In this document: piece by piece, positions 16,731 through 27,696 of the stretch | How the letters are laid out: each line of letters opens with the position of its first letter | How positions within the stretch are numbered: position 1 is the first letter of the stretch | UHGV virus genome: UHGV-1374574 | Reading direction: 5' to 3' (one strand) | DNA: 45,677 bases | DNA from: a virus | The notes under the pieces: model-generated | Seen by the model: only the letters and a program-made list of their open reading frames with translations | What the model was told of the DNA's origin: nothing | Databases searched by the model: none | Position numbers and translations under genes: made by a program

Positions 16731-18005
16731 ATGTTAGGTGGAGGAATTTTTACAACACAGAACAAGATTTTGCCGGGTTGTTATATTAACTTCATTAGTA
16801 CCGCAAAACTCGCTGCCACATTAGGTGAGCGTGGAATTGTTGCGTTACCTGTTGAACTTGATTGGGGTACAACCGAAGTTATGACACTGGATAACGGAAC
16901 GCTTGTTTCTAGTGCTAAAGAAATCTTAGGTTATTCCTATGACAACGAAAAGTTAGTTACGATCCGTGAAGTGATGAAGAATGCAACAAGATTATATCTG
17001 TATCGTTTGAACGGCAGTGGTGACAAGGCAACTTGCGTATATGCAGATGCAAAGTATGCCGGAACAAGAGGTAACGACATTAAGATTGTTATTTCTGCAA
17101 ACGTGGACGAACCTACTAAGTTCAATGTTGAAACTTACTTAGATACAGTTCGTGTTGATGCACAGGTTGTTGCAAGTGCTACAGAGTTAAAAGCAAATAA
17201 CTTTGTAACATTTAAGGCAGATGCAACATTAGAAGTGACTGCCGGAGTTTCCTTAACAGGCGGTACAAACTCCGCAGTGACAGGAGAATCTTATACCAAT
17301 GCACTTACTGCTTTAGAAAGTTACAGTTTCAACGCTTTGGGCATTATGTCTGACGAGGAAACAACCAAGAATGTAGCGGTAGCGTATGTAAAGCGTATGC
17401 GTGATGAAGTTGGTGCTAAGTTCCAGTTAATCGTACATGATGTTGCAGCAGACTACGAAGGTGTTATCAACGTGGACGATTTAAAGGCGGTTCCGTGGGT
17501 AACAGGTGCGATTGCGAGTGCGCCTATTAACAAGTCTCTTACAAACAAGGTATATGATGGTGAATTAACATTAGTTAGTTCCTATTCCCAGGTTGAACTT
17601 GAAAAGGCAATTAAGTCTGGCAAGTTCGTATTCCACAAGGTAGGAGATACCGTAAATGTATTATCTGATATTAACTCCTTTGTGAGCGTAACGGCAGATA
17701 AGACAAGTGATTTTTCTGCAAACCAGGTTATCCGTGTACTGGACGAAGTTGCAAACACAACCGCAAGCATTTTCAACAAGACCTTCTTAGGTAAGGTTCA
17801 GAACAATGCTGACGGACGAATTGCATTAAAGAGTATGCTTGTTTCCGCTTGTGAACAGATGCAGAACATCGGAGCAATTCAGAACTTTTCTTCCGAGGAC
17901 ATTACCGTAGAAGAAGGAAATCTCAAAAAGTCGGTTGCAGTAAATTGGTACATCACACCAGTAATGGCGATGGAACAGTTATATTGCGTTGTAAAGGTAA
18001 ATTAA
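16731..18005 (+). CDS. tail sheath protein (XkdK-like)
   Basis: 424 aa, position before tube; PBSX-like gene order. Confidence 0.8.
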   Translation: MLGGGIFTTQNKILPGCYINFISTAKLAATLGERGIVALPVELDWGTTEVMTLDNGTLVSSAKEILGYSYDNEKLVTIREVMKNATRLYLYRLNGSGDKATCVYADAKYAGTRGNDIKIVISANVDEPTKFNVETYLDTVRVDAQVVASATELKANNFVTFKADATLEVTAGVSLTGGTNSAVTGESYTNALTALESYSFNALGIMSDEETTKNVAVAYVKRMRDEVGAKFQLIVHDVAADYEGVINVDDLKAVPWVTGAIASAPINKSLTNKVYDGELTLVSSYSQVELEKAIKSGKFVFHKVGDTVNVLSDINSFVSVTADKTSDFSANQVIRVLDEVANTTASIFNKTFLGKVQNNADGRIALKSMLVSACEQMQNIGAIQNFSSEDITVEEGNLKKSVAVNWYITPVMAMEQLYCVVKVN

Positions 18006-18018
18006 GGAGGGATAACGT

Positions 18019-18492
18019 ATGCCAGGTACAATGAGTGCAAAAGATACCGTATTCGGTAGTGCCGCTAGTTGTTATGTAACACTGGATGGTGTTCGCTATA
18101 ACTTTGCACAGGCAATTAGCCTTGAAGCAAAAGCAGAAAAGAACAAGACAGAAGTTCCGATTTTAGGAAAAATGTCTAAGGGCAATAAGGCAACAGGCGT
18201 AACTTACAGTGGAAGTATGACACTTCACTACAATACTTCTATCATGCGTAAGATTATGCTGAAATACGCAAAGGAAGGTATTGATACCTACTTTGACATC
18301 CAGGTAACAAACGAGGATAAGACCAGTGCTGCCGGACGACAGACAACTACATTAAAGGGTTGTAACCTTGACAGTGTAATTTTGGCGAAGATGGATGCAG
18401 ACGGTGAATACCTTGACGAAACCGTGGATTTCACTTTCGAAGATTGGGATCTGGACGAAGAATTTACAGAGTTAGCGGTATTAACTGCTTAA
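18019..18492 (+). CDS. tail tube protein (XkdM-like)
   Basis: 157 aa following sheath. Confidence 0.7.
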   Translation: MPGTMSAKDTVFGSAASCYVTLDGVRYNFAQAISLEAKAEKNKTEVPILGKMSKGNKATGVTYSGSMTLHYNTSIMRKIMLKYAKEGIDTYFDIQVTNEDKTSAAGRQTTTLKGCNLDSVILAKMDADGEYLDETVDFTFEDWDLDEEFTELAVLTA

Positions 18493-18584
18493 ACATTTAT
18501 AGGGGTGGATAGGTCAACGTAACCGAAAGTAAGGAAGTCCTACTTATTTCCACCCTTTAACAAGGACACATACGAAAGGACGGT

Positions 18585-19034
18585 ATGATTATGAATGAAT
18601 TAGAATTATTTTTTGCAGATAATGTAGAAGAAAGCGAAGTTGTAGAATATGTGGCAAGTCCACGTTTTAAAGACAAAGAAGGAAATCCGTTGAAGTGGCA
18701 GTTAAAGGCAGTTTCTTCCGAAGAATGTACTGAAATCAAGAAGAAGTGCGTAAAGAAAGTACCTATTCCGGGCAAGAGAGGGCAGTACACACAGGATTTT
18801 GACTCCACACGTTATAACACTATGATGTGTGCGGCAACCGTGGTTTATCCAGACCTCAATAATGCAGCGTTACAGGACAGTTGGGGCAAAAAGACAGGCA
18901 CATCCATTATGAGTGCTGAACAGTTATTAAATGTCATGCTTATTCCGGGCGAACTTGATTTATTAAGTGCAAAGGTAACGGAAGTCAACGGATATACAAA
19001 TATCAATGACGATATAGAAGAAGCAAAAAACTGA
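18585..19034 (+). CDS. tail assembly chaperone (XkdN-like)
   Basis: Acidic 149-aa protein between tube and tape measure; ends in slippery heptamer. Confidence 0.6.
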   Translation: MIMNELELFFADNVEESEVVEYVASPRFKDKEGNPLKWQLKAVSSEECTEIKKKCVKKVPIPGKRGQYTQDFDSTRYNTMMCAATVVYPDLNNAALQDSWGKKTGTSIMSAEQLLNVMLIPGELDLLSAKVTEVNGYTNINDDIEEAKN

Positions 19035-19216
19035 TAAGAGATACTGGTGAGGGAACGATACTTCATTTCTGCATTCAGAAATTAAAGTGGAAACCGCATG
19101 AGTATCTCAATTTATCTAATAAAGAAAAAGCGTTTGTTATTGCATCCATTCAGATAAAAGCAGAGGATGATAAAAAACAAGCGGATAAAATGAAATCGAA
19201 ATCAAAAAGAAGGTAG
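19025..19216 (+). other. -1 programmed frameshift site (A_AAA_AAC) and chaperone extension ORF
   Basis: Heptamer GCA AAA AAC TGA at 19024-19034; -1 frame open from the heptamer to TAG 19214-19216 (59 codons, no own start). Confidence 0.45.
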
Positions 19217-21298
19217 GTGGTAATTGTGGGTGCTATAAGTTCAACGATAATGCTGAATGATGCTATGTCGAATCCGTTAAAGAACATATCAAAAGCATTA
19301 AATATCGTTATCAACAACATGGAACGAGTAGCCGTTGCAGAGGATAATATGTTTGATATTCCACAGTTACACGCAGCCCGTGATGCCGTTTCCGCAGTTG
19401 AAGCAGAAATGCAACGTGTCGAACAACAGATACAAGATTCTGTCAATGCACAGAACAAACTTAACGATGCGTTTAATCAAGGCGAAGATGCGGCCAGTGG
19501 TTTGCTAAAGAATTTGCGAAACATAGCCGGAGCATATTTAACCATGCAGACCGTGGAAAAAGTAGTAGACACTTCCGATACGTTGACTTTAGGTAAACAA
19601 AGATTAGAATTGTTTGCCGGGGATGAATCTGTAGACGAACTTAACCAGAAGATTATGGCGAGTGCAACCCTTGCGAGGGCGGCTTATACTGACACTTTGA
19701 ATCAAGTAGCAAAGTTAGGTACAAACGCAAGCGAACACTTTGATAATAACGACCAGATTATCAAGTTTGTCGAGCAGTTTAACAAGTTGGCAACGTTATC
19801 CGGCGCAAGTGTTTATGAATCTTCACAGGCCATGTATCAGTTGACACAGTCTATGGCAAAGGGCAAACTTGACGGTGATGAATTACGATCCGTAATGGAA
19901 GGTATGCCACTGGTAGCAAAGCAGATTGCTAAATACTTAAATGTTGACGTTGGTACGATGAAAGAAATGGCAGCAGAAGGACTTGTAACCGCAGAGGTTG
20001 TAAGAAATGCTTTACTTACATCTGCAAACGAAACAGACGAAACGTTTAAGGACTTAGGTTATACATGGGGCCAGGTCGGAACACTGATAAGAAATGGAGC
20101 AACACAAGCATTCCAACCGCTTCTTAACAAGATTAACGAGATTGTTAATAACAAGAAGTTCCAAGAATTTGTTAATGACCTTGTCAGTAGTTTTCATGTT
20201 ATGAGTATTGTAGCCACAGGTGCTATAGATGCCATAGGTAAGGTAGCGGAATTTTGCTATGATAATTTCGAAATGTTGTTACCTTTAATAGCGTTTGCAA
20301 CTACTTTGATGGTAATAGGTGCGTTATCTGCTATAGCGCATTGGGCAGCCACAAGTTTAGCAACCGTTGGAATGGTAGCATATCAAGTTGCGTGTGGCTT
20401 ATCGGCTTTAGCAGTTGGAAATCTGACGATGGCACAAACTGCTTTTAATGCTGCATTATATGCTTGTCCTGTTACATGGATTATTGCGGCAGTTGTTGCA
20501 TTGATTGTAATAATTGTTTTGTTATGTAATTGGATTGCGGAAACGACAGAGTTAGCACAATCTGGTATAGGTTTAATTGCGGGCGCACTTATGATAGCGT
20601 GTGCATTTGTTGCTAACCTTTTCGTAGGACTTATCAATGTTGCCATTGACCTTTTCGTAGAATTATGGAATTTCTTAGCATCATTTGTGAATTTCTTTGC
20701 AAGTGTGTTTAATGATTTGGGCGGTTCTATCGCAAGACTGTTCCTTGATTTAGTTGATACGGTTTTGGGTGTATTAGAAATTATTGTCAGAGCAATGGAT
20801 GCCGTATTCGGTCAGAATTTAGGCGATGCAGTAGACGGTTGGAGAAGTGACCTTGAAAAATGGTCGGAGGACACATTTGGTAAAGGCACAGAAGTAATGG
20901 CAAAGATTAACTCAAGCGACTATCACGTTGGAACTTTCGATTATGGAGAGGCTTTTAAAGCCGGAACTGCATGGGGCGATGGTATTGCATCGAAATTCAA
21001 ATTGCCGGATTTTGATGATTTATTCAACATGGATGAATTGCTTGATAGTTCATGGAAAACTGCTTACAATACGGACGATATTGCTAACACTCTCGAAATT
21101 ACATCAGAGGAATTAGAATATTTAAGAGATATTGCAGAGCAAGAAGCAATCAACCGATTTACTACAATTCCATTAACAGTGACATTTGAGAACACAAACA
21201 ACGTAAATAACGAAATGGATCTTGATGGTGTGACAAATTACATCGAAGAACAGTTAATTGAAAGCATCTATAGTTCCGCAGAAGTGGCGCATTATTAA
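19217..21298 (+). CDS. tail tape measure protein
   Basis: 693 aa, helical N-terminus, central hydrophobic segments; position. Confidence 0.85.
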   Translation: MVIVGAISSTIMLNDAMSNPLKNISKALNIVINNMERVAVAEDNMFDIPQLHAARDAVSAVEAEMQRVEQQIQDSVNAQNKLNDAFNQGEDAASGLLKNLRNIAGAYLTMQTVEKVVDTSDTLTLGKQRLELFAGDESVDELNQKIMASATLARAAYTDTLNQVAKLGTNASEHFDNNDQIIKFVEQFNKLATLSGASVYESSQAMYQLTQSMAKGKLDGDELRSVMEGMPLVAKQIAKYLNVDVGTMKEMAAEGLVTAEVVRNALLTSANETDETFKDLGYTWGQVGTLIRNGATQAFQPLLNKINEIVNNKKFQEFVNDLVSSFHVMSIVATGAIDAIGKVAEFCYDNFEMLLPLIAFATTLMVIGALSAIAHWAATSLATVGMVAYQVACGLSALAVGNLTMAQTAFNAALYACPVTWIIAAVVALIVIIVLLCNWIAETTELAQSGIGLIAGALMIACAFVANLFVGLINVAIDLFVELWNFLASFVNFFASVFNDLGGSIARLFLDLVDTVLGVLEIIVRAMDAVFGQNLGDAVDGWRSDLEKWSEDTFGKGTEVMAKINSSDYHVGTFDYGEAFKAGTAWGDGIASKFKLPDFDDLFNMDELLDSSWKTAYNTDDIANTLEITSEELEYLRDIAEQEAINRFTTIPLTVTFENTNNVNNEMDLDGVTNYIEEQLIESIYSSAEVAHY

Positions 21299-21313
21299 AG
21301 GGGGTATTGCATT

Positions 21314-22246
21314 ATGTACAAATTATTTTTGAACGGTGTGCGATACCCTATTGCACCCGGTAAAATCACGGTATCGTCTGGTAATAAGAATAAAACGCAT
21401 AACTTGTTGAATGGTGGGGAGTTTAACATACCGAAAACACCAGGACTTACCGAGTATTCGTTTGAACTTCTGTTGCCTATGTCTCAATATCCGTTTGCGG
21501 TATATGAGGACGGTTTCAAGTCGGCTTATTATTATCTCGATTTGCTCGAAAAACTGAAAAACGAAAAGAAAGTCTTTGAGTATATCCTTACGAGAAGTAC
21601 ACCAAAGGGAGAATTTATCAGTGATATTAACGTAAAAGTAACTTTGGAAGATTTCAAACCAGTAGAAGATGTAAAAGACGGGTTCGATGTTCGTGTGTCG
21701 GTTAAACTGAAACAGTACATTTATGTGGCAACGAAAGTCGTAAAGGTTAGCAAAGAGGGAGAAACGAAAACCGAAACCAAACGTGACACATCTTCCGCAC
21801 CTGTAGGTGGTGGCACTTATGTAGTGAAAAGCGGTGACACATTAGAGAAAATCGCAAAACTACAATATGGTGATTTTTCAAAGTATAAACAGATATACGA
21901 AGCCAACAAAACGGTTATCGAAAACGAAGCGAAAAAGCATGGCAAAGGTAGCAGTAGCAACGGACACTGGATTTACCCTGGCACAAAACTGATAATTCCG
22001 GGAGTAGATAATATTAAAACCGAGGTCAAGGAACAACCAAAGGGCGGTTCTAAAGGCAATCCACCGTATAGCATTATGACGGCATCTGGTGGTTATATTA
22101 TCACAGATACTTCTATCGGATTTGGAATGAGCATACCAGGACAATTTATTAGTTGGAACCAAGTATATAGTTATTACACTTCTATGGGTGGACGAGGTAA
22201 AGGTTGGAAGATTGTTGATAAGGACAAGAAAGTTATTACAGTATAG
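21314..22246 (+). CDS. LysM-domain tail protein (XkdP-like)
   Basis: LysM motif YVVKSGDTLEKIAKLQYGDFSKYKQIYEANK. Confidence 0.75.
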   Translation: MYKLFLNGVRYPIAPGKITVSSGNKNKTHNLLNGGEFNIPKTPGLTEYSFELLLPMSQYPFAVYEDGFKSAYYYLDLLEKLKNEKKVFEYILTRSTPKGEFISDINVKVTLEDFKPVEDVKDGFDVRVSVKLKQYIYVATKVVKVSKEGETKTETKRDTSSAPVGGGTYVVKSGDTLEKIAKLQYGDFSKYKQIYEANKTVIENEAKKHGKGSSSNGHWIYPGTKLIIPGVDNIKTEVKEQPKGGSKGNPPYSIMTASGGYIITDTSIGFGMSIPGQFISWNQVYSYYTSMGGRGKGWKIVDKDKKVITV

Positions 22247-22257
22247 GGGGTGGTAAC

Positions 22258-23217
22258 ATGGGATATTCGTTAGCAGTACAAAACGGTTCTAAATGTTACT
22301 ACCCTGTAGTGGTAGGAACTGTCACATGGGAAACACACAGAAAATCTTCTCCCGGAAAACTCACATTCGAGTGCTTATATGATGATACTCTCAATGTGGA
22401 AGAAGGTAATTTAGTTAATTTCACAGTAGATGGCAAAGAAGTATTTGCCGGGTATGTTTTTTCGATTTCCAGTGAAAATGACGAAATTCTTTCGATAACT
22501 TGCTACGACCAGTTGCGATACTTCAAAAACAAGGATTCCATTATTTACACTGCTAAAAGCGCAACAGAACTTTTGAAAATGTTCGCAAGTCAAAATTATC
22601 TGACGTTAGGGCAGTGTGATGATACGGCTCATAGAATCTCTAAAGACGAGGACGGAGCAACGATTTTCGATATTATTCTGAATAATCTGGATGAAACCCT
22701 TATGGCAACCGGGAAACTGTATTGCCTATGGGACGATTACGGGAAATTAAGAATGAATAGTATCGCATCACTTGTAATACCAGATTTGTGTTTAGATGCC
22801 GACAACGGAGCGAGTTATAGTTACAAAACATCAATAGATGGTGCGACTTATAACTCAATCAAGTTAGGTTATAACGATGATAAGACTGGTAAAAGAAAGA
22901 TTTATACTGAATATGATGGTGATAACATCAATAAGTGGGGCAAGTTACAGTTGTATGAATCAATTAACTCTGAAACTGGTGCGCAAGAAAAAGTAAGCAA
23001 AATGCTTTCCTTGTACAACAAGAAATCACAGACACTTAGTTTGAATGGTTACATAGGTGATGTAAGGTGCCGTGGTGGTAGAAGTCCTATTGTGAAACTG
23101 AAATTGAGGGACCAGGAATTATCAAACTATATGCTGATTGAAAGTGCAACGCACAAATTTTCCGAGAATGAGCATTTCATGGATCTTAAAGTAAGTGGAA
23201 ATTATTATTTTGAATAG
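22258..23217 (+). CDS. baseplate hub/tail protein (XkdQ-like)
   Basis: Position in conserved PBSX order. Confidence 0.5.
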   Translation: MGYSLAVQNGSKCYYPVVVGTVTWETHRKSSPGKLTFECLYDDTLNVEEGNLVNFTVDGKEVFAGYVFSISSENDEILSITCYDQLRYFKNKDSIIYTAKSATELLKMFASQNYLTLGQCDDTAHRISKDEDGATIFDIILNNLDETLMATGKLYCLWDDYGKLRMNSIASLVIPDLCLDADNGASYSYKTSIDGATYNSIKLGYNDDKTGKRKIYTEYDGDNINKWGKLQLYESINSETGAQEKVSKMLSLYNKKSQTLSLNGYIGDVRCRGGRSPIVKLKLRDQELSNYMLIESATHKFSENEHFMDLKVSGNYYFE

Positions 23218-23227
23218 GAGGTAGGAA

Positions 23228-23482
23228 ATGTTAGCAGAAGCAATTAAATTGTTGGCACAACAACAGAATGATGGCACATATCCTACTGCCGTACTTTTTG
23301 GCACTGTAAAAGCAATCAATCCCTTAAAAGTTCAGATAGACAGTAAGATTATCGTAGAAGATTTTCTTGTTATCGCAGAGAGATTAACTAAAAATGATCC
23401 GTTAAAGGTTAATGATAAAGTTATTGTTCTCCGTCAGCAAGGCGGTAAAAAATATATTATCTTAGATAGGATAGGAGGATAA
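23228..23482 (+). CDS. baseplate protein (XkdR-like)
   Basis: 84 aa, position. Confidence 0.45.
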   Translation: MLAEAIKLLAQQQNDGTYPTAVLFGTVKAINPLKVQIDSKIIVEDFLVIAERLTKNDPLKVNDKVIVLRQQGGKKYIILDRIGG

Positions 23483-23485
23483 TCT

Positions 23486-23875
23486 ATGTTGCCGAATAGT
23501 AATGGTATAGTAGCGGAACAGGAACAACCTTCCTTGACGTATCGAATGGACGTATTGAATGAGCGAATAGTAGGCAAAGTTGACGGTGTCGAAGCGGTAA
23601 AACAGGCGGTTTATAAGGCACTGAATACCGAGAGATACAATTACCTTATTTATTCGTGGAATTATGGGGTTGAAACAAAGGACTTGTACGGAAAAGATAT
23701 GGACTATTGCAAGTCGGAACTGAAAAGAAGAATAGGCGAAGCACTCACACAGGACGATAGAATCGACAGTGTAAGCGACTTCGAATTTAAAGTAGACGGC
23801 AATAAACTGACCGTCTTTTTTGTTGTTCATTCTAATGTAGGTTCATTCGAAAGCAATACAACATTCGCAGTATAA
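23486..23875 (+). CDS. baseplate protein (XkdS-like)
   Basis: 129 aa, position. Confidence 0.45.
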   Translation: MLPNSNGIVAEQEQPSLTYRMDVLNERIVGKVDGVEAVKQAVYKALNTERYNYLIYSWNYGVETKDLYGKDMDYCKSELKRRIGEALTQDDRIDSVSDFEFKVDGNKLTVFFVVHSNVGSFESNTTFAV

Positions 23876-23885
23876 GGAGGGCAAG

Positions 23886-24938
23886 ATGACACATGAAGAA
23901 ATTTTAGACCGTATGCTTGCAGATATTCCGAATGAGATAGACAAACGAGAGGGCAGTTTAGCTCACGATGTTTTGTCTGCCGCAGCCATAGAATTTATGC
24001 TTGCGTATGAAGAAAATGAAATGATAATGACAGAGACGTATGCGGACAGTGCCAGTATGGATGGCTTGATTAGAAGAGCATCTGAACGAGGACTGCAACC
24101 GAATGCGCCAACAAATGCGATTGTAAAAGGCGAATTTAACATTGCCGTTGCAATCGGAGAACGCTTTTTCCTGGATGATTTAACTTATGTTGTGACAGAG
24201 CAGATAAACGACACTACATTTAAGTTAATGTGTGAACAGCCAGGAACTATTGCAAACGGTTATACAGGAACCATTATTCCAATCCAGGCGATTGCCGGAC
24301 TTGAAAGTGCAGAGATTACAGAAATTCTTGTTTTGGGTGAGGATGAACAGTCCGAGGACAGTTTTAGACAGGAATATTTCGATTCTTTCAATAACAATCA
24401 GTACGGTTGGAACAAAGCACAGTACATCGCAAGTGTCAATGACATTAACGGTGTTGGTGGCGTTCATGTTTACCCACACACAAACGGCAATATGGAAACA
24501 GAAGTCGGTAATGTGGCATTGGTAATACAGGCAAGTGATTATGGCATTCCTACAGCGGAAACAGTAAGCCTGGTAAAACAGACACTCGATCCGACAGACG
24601 GTAACGGAGACGGCCTTGTATCAATCGACCATAACGTACACGTTTTCCCTTGCGGTAGCACTTCTGTAGACGTTGGATTGACACTGACTTACGCAGAAGG
24701 GTATTCGTGGGAAGCAATCGGCAACACAATCACACAGGCTATTGATGACTACTTTACTGAGCTTAATAAGGAATGGGAAACAACAGCAGTCATTGTTCGT
24801 ATTAGTCAGTTAGATGCAAAAATACTCAATGTACAAGGCGTTGTTGACATTTTCGGCACCACACTGAACGGGGGAACAAAAAACCTTGAAATCAGTGCTG
24901 ACAATATCGCAGTAAGGGGGAATATAAGTGCTAACTAG
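23886..24938 (+). CDS. baseplate J-like protein (XkdT-like)
   Basis: 350 aa, position, size typical of baseplate J. Confidence 0.7.
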   Translation: MTHEEILDRMLADIPNEIDKREGSLAHDVLSAAAIEFMLAYEENEMIMTETYADSASMDGLIRRASERGLQPNAPTNAIVKGEFNIAVAIGERFFLDDLTYVVTEQINDTTFKLMCEQPGTIANGYTGTIIPIQAIAGLESAEITEILVLGEDEQSEDSFRQEYFDSFNNNQYGWNKAQYIASVNDINGVGGVHVYPHTNGNMETEVGNVALVIQASDYGIPTAETVSLVKQTLDPTDGNGDGLVSIDHNVHVFPCGSTSVDVGLTLTYAEGYSWEAIGNTITQAIDDYFTELNKEWETTAVIVRISQLDAKILNVQGVVDIFGTTLNGGTKNLEISADNIAVRGNISAN

Positions 24939-25470
24939 ACCTATTGATATTTATTCTTACTTTCCACCAGTCGTTGCGGAAACGAAAGAAATAAAGCATA
25001 TATCTAATGCACTTACCAACGAGTTCAAGCGGTTACAGAAAGCAAGAGACGAGACCTACAAAAATCAGTTTGTTTCCACTCTTGAACCGTCCGGGTGTAG
25101 GCGTTGGGAGAAAATGCTTAATATTGCCTCCAAACAAACTGACAGTCTCGAAACAAGAAGGTTACGAATTAACAGTCTTATTACATCGGAAATACCATAT
25201 ACAAAAGAAACGTTGAAAACGATGTTGACTAATATCTGTGGAGACGCTGGGTATTTTTTAGAGATAGACAATTCGAACCTTACTGTGGTTGTTAAACTGG
25301 AATTAACCAATAAAGAGCAGCAAAAGATTGTAGAAAGCACACTGGATAAAATTATCCCGGCTAATATGATGTTAGATGTAAGCATTATATATGTAACACA
25401 TGAAGCAGTTGCACAATATACACATGGACAACTTGCATCTTATACTCATGCTAAGATTCAAGGAAATTAA
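24928..25470 (+). CDS. baseplate/tail fibre attachment protein (XkdU-like)
   Basis: Position. Confidence 0.45.
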   Translation: MLTRPIDIYSYFPPVVAETKEIKHISNALTNEFKRLQKARDETYKNQFVSTLEPSGCRRWEKMLNIASKQTDSLETRRLRINSLITSEIPYTKETLKTMLTNICGDAGYFLEIDNSNLTVVVKLELTNKEQQKIVESTLDKIIPANMMLDVSIIYVTHEAVAQYTHGQLASYTHAKIQGN

Positions 25471-25485
25471 ACGAGGTGAGAAAAA

Positions 25486-26349
25486 ATGCAAAAGACAACA
25501 AACTACGGTTTTAATAAACCAGAATCTACGGATTTTTACAACATTGAAGATTTCAATGAAAATGCGGATCTGATAGATGAAAAATTGAAAGCAATTGAAG
25601 AACTTGCGAACCCTCAAGATTTGGATAACCACAAAAATGATAAGAGTAATCCTCATGGAGTTACGGCGGCACAGGTTGGTCTTGGCAATGTACCAAACGT
25701 TGCAACCAATGACCAGACACCGACTTACACGGTAGCAAGTGAAAACACAGCATTGTCCAGTGGCGAAAAATTAAGCGTTGCTTTTGGCAAAATCGCAAAG
25801 GCAATCAGCACTTTTATTTCCCATATTGCTGATGCTACAATTCATCATTCCCACAGCAACAAAACTGTACTGGATAACACTACGGCATCTTATACCACAG
25901 ACGAGAAAACAAAGTTAAGTGGTATCGCAAGCGGTGCAAATGCCTATACGCATCCGAATAGCGGTGTTACGGCTGGAACATATAGGAGCGTTACAGTGAA
26001 TGCGGCTGGACACGTTACGGGCGGTACAAACCCAACAGTGACAGTTGCGCAGGGTGGCACTGGTGCAACAACATTTTCGTCTGGGCAAGCCTTAATCGGT
26101 GCTGGTACTGGAGCCGTTACCACAAGAGCGATTACAAACAATACGGCTACTACAACAGCGATTACGGCAAGTACAAACCTTGTTACGATGAACACTCTTA
26201 AAAATGTAGTGAACCGAACAACGGGTATCGGCACAGCAGACACTAACTATGGAACTTCTATGGTAAGAGCGATTAGTGCTGGTACATCGGATTTAACGGC
26301 TGGAAGTAGCACACTGTTAAGCGGTGCTATTTATATCGTTTATGAGTAA
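25486..26349 (+). CDS. tail fibre protein, variant 1
   Basis: Gly/Thr-rich C-terminus; N-terminal ~110 aa paralogous to 28341..29066. Confidence 0.65.
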   Translation: MQKTTNYGFNKPESTDFYNIEDFNENADLIDEKLKAIEELANPQDLDNHKNDKSNPHGVTAAQVGLGNVPNVATNDQTPTYTVASENTALSSGEKLSVAFGKIAKAISTFISHIADATIHHSHSNKTVLDNTTASYTTDEKTKLSGIASGANAYTHPNSGVTAGTYRSVTVNAAGHVTGGTNPTVTVAQGGTGATTFSSGQALIGAGTGAVTTRAITNNTATTTAITASTNLVTMNTLKNVVNRTTGIGTADTNYGTSMVRAISAGTSDLTAGSSTLLSGAIYIVYE

Positions 26350-26361
26350 GGCGGTGGCGAT

Positions 26362-27684
26362 ATGGCGAAAGGTTTATACTTTGGCGTAGGCGGTAAAGCC
26401 CGTAAAGGGAAAAAGGCTTACTTTGGTGTAGGCGGTAAGGCTAGGAAAATCAAGAAAATGTATATCGGTATCGGCGGTAAGGCAAGGTTGTGTTTTAGTA
26501 GCGGATTATTCGGTAAAGCACACGCGAGATTTACTGAAACTACAATTCCAGTAGTGCTTAATAATCCCGACGTTGCTAATCCGTCTACATGGACGGTCAG
26601 TAAAAAAAATAGTTCATCTACTACCATTGGTTCTTCTGCTTATGCGTTTGGAAAATGGTTTTCGGGATATAACGCTCCACCCAGCGGTACGTTTGATACA
26701 ACATTATGGTATTCCACAGATGGAATAACATTTACGCAATGCCCAGCGTGTACCATATTCAAAGATAACGACGGCAAGACAAACGTAAGTACACGTGGAG
26801 GAAATGTTAGTCCACTTATAAATTGTGACGGAAGATTATTCGGAAGAAGTTTAACTATCACTGGTTCAAGTGGTTCACAATCGGGTGGCGGTGGTACAAC
26901 ATACGTTACCTACGTGGAGTTCGACTCCACTGGGGCAAAAATCGACCAAGCAACTGGTTATAATTTTACTTACAGTTCTGTCAATTCGGGTTATGGTTAT
27001 CCAACTGGGACTTTTAGCAGAGCATATAGTAATATGGTTTATCATAACGGGTGCATATATCATGCTATACATCGTCGTGAAAAAGCGAGTGGCGAGGCTA
27101 TATGCTATATTAGTTTAGAAATGTACGATATTGCCAATAAGACTTTTACGACAGTGGCAAGTAATTTCTTTACTTTTCACGAACCTACATCGTCCGCAAA
27201 TGGTTCGCCGACATATAGTGGTACTGCGTCAAGGATACATCTTTGCGGTAATAGTATCTTAATAAACTATAACCATAAGATGTACCGATACGATATTAGC
27301 ACAAAAGCGATAACGGAATTAACTACAGTAACGACAACTTTTTGTCCAGTGTTCTATAGCCGTATCAATGAGACTACTTTTCTTGATAGTTATAGTGCTA
27401 CAAAAAGGGTATACTCTTATGATGGTACTACGCTGACGCTAGTTACCACACATACAAATAATTGCTATGTTAGTGGGCAAACGTGGTGTGGAGATAGAAA
27501 TATTTCATTATCCGCAAGTAGAGCGACGAAAACGGACACTACAGCGACTATTACGTTTGCATACACGTTTGACGGAGTTACTTATACTGTAGATACCAGC
27601 ATGACTACTCCAAGTGGGGCTCTTACCAGTTATGGAGGTAATCTCACGTCGTTTAGCATTAACACATACCTAGAGGAGAGTTAA
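26362..27684 (+). CDS. receptor-binding-module protein with N-terminal triple repeat and Asp-box-like motifs
   Basis: 3x YFGVGGKARK repeat at N-terminus; WYSTDGITFTQ and YSYDGTTLTL (SxDxGxT-like). Confidence 0.55.
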   Translation: MAKGLYFGVGGKARKGKKAYFGVGGKARKIKKMYIGIGGKARLCFSSGLFGKAHARFTETTIPVVLNNPDVANPSTWTVSKKNSSSTTIGSSAYAFGKWFSGYNAPPSGTFDTTLWYSTDGITFTQCPACTIFKDNDGKTNVSTRGGNVSPLINCDGRLFGRSLTITGSSGSQSGGGGTTYVTYVEFDSTGAKIDQATGYNFTYSSVNSGYGYPTGTFSRAYSNMVYHNGCIYHAIHRREKASGEAICYISLEMYDIANKTFTTVASNFFTFHEPTSSANGSPTYSGTASRIHLCGNSILINYNHKMYRYDISTKAITELTTVTTTFCPVFYSRINETTFLDSYSATKRVYSYDGTTLTLVTTHTNNCYVSGQTWCGDRNISLSASRATKTDTTATITFAYTFDGVTYTVDTSMTTPSGALTSYGGNLTSFSINTYLEES

Positions 27685-27696
27685 GGAGGATTTTAT

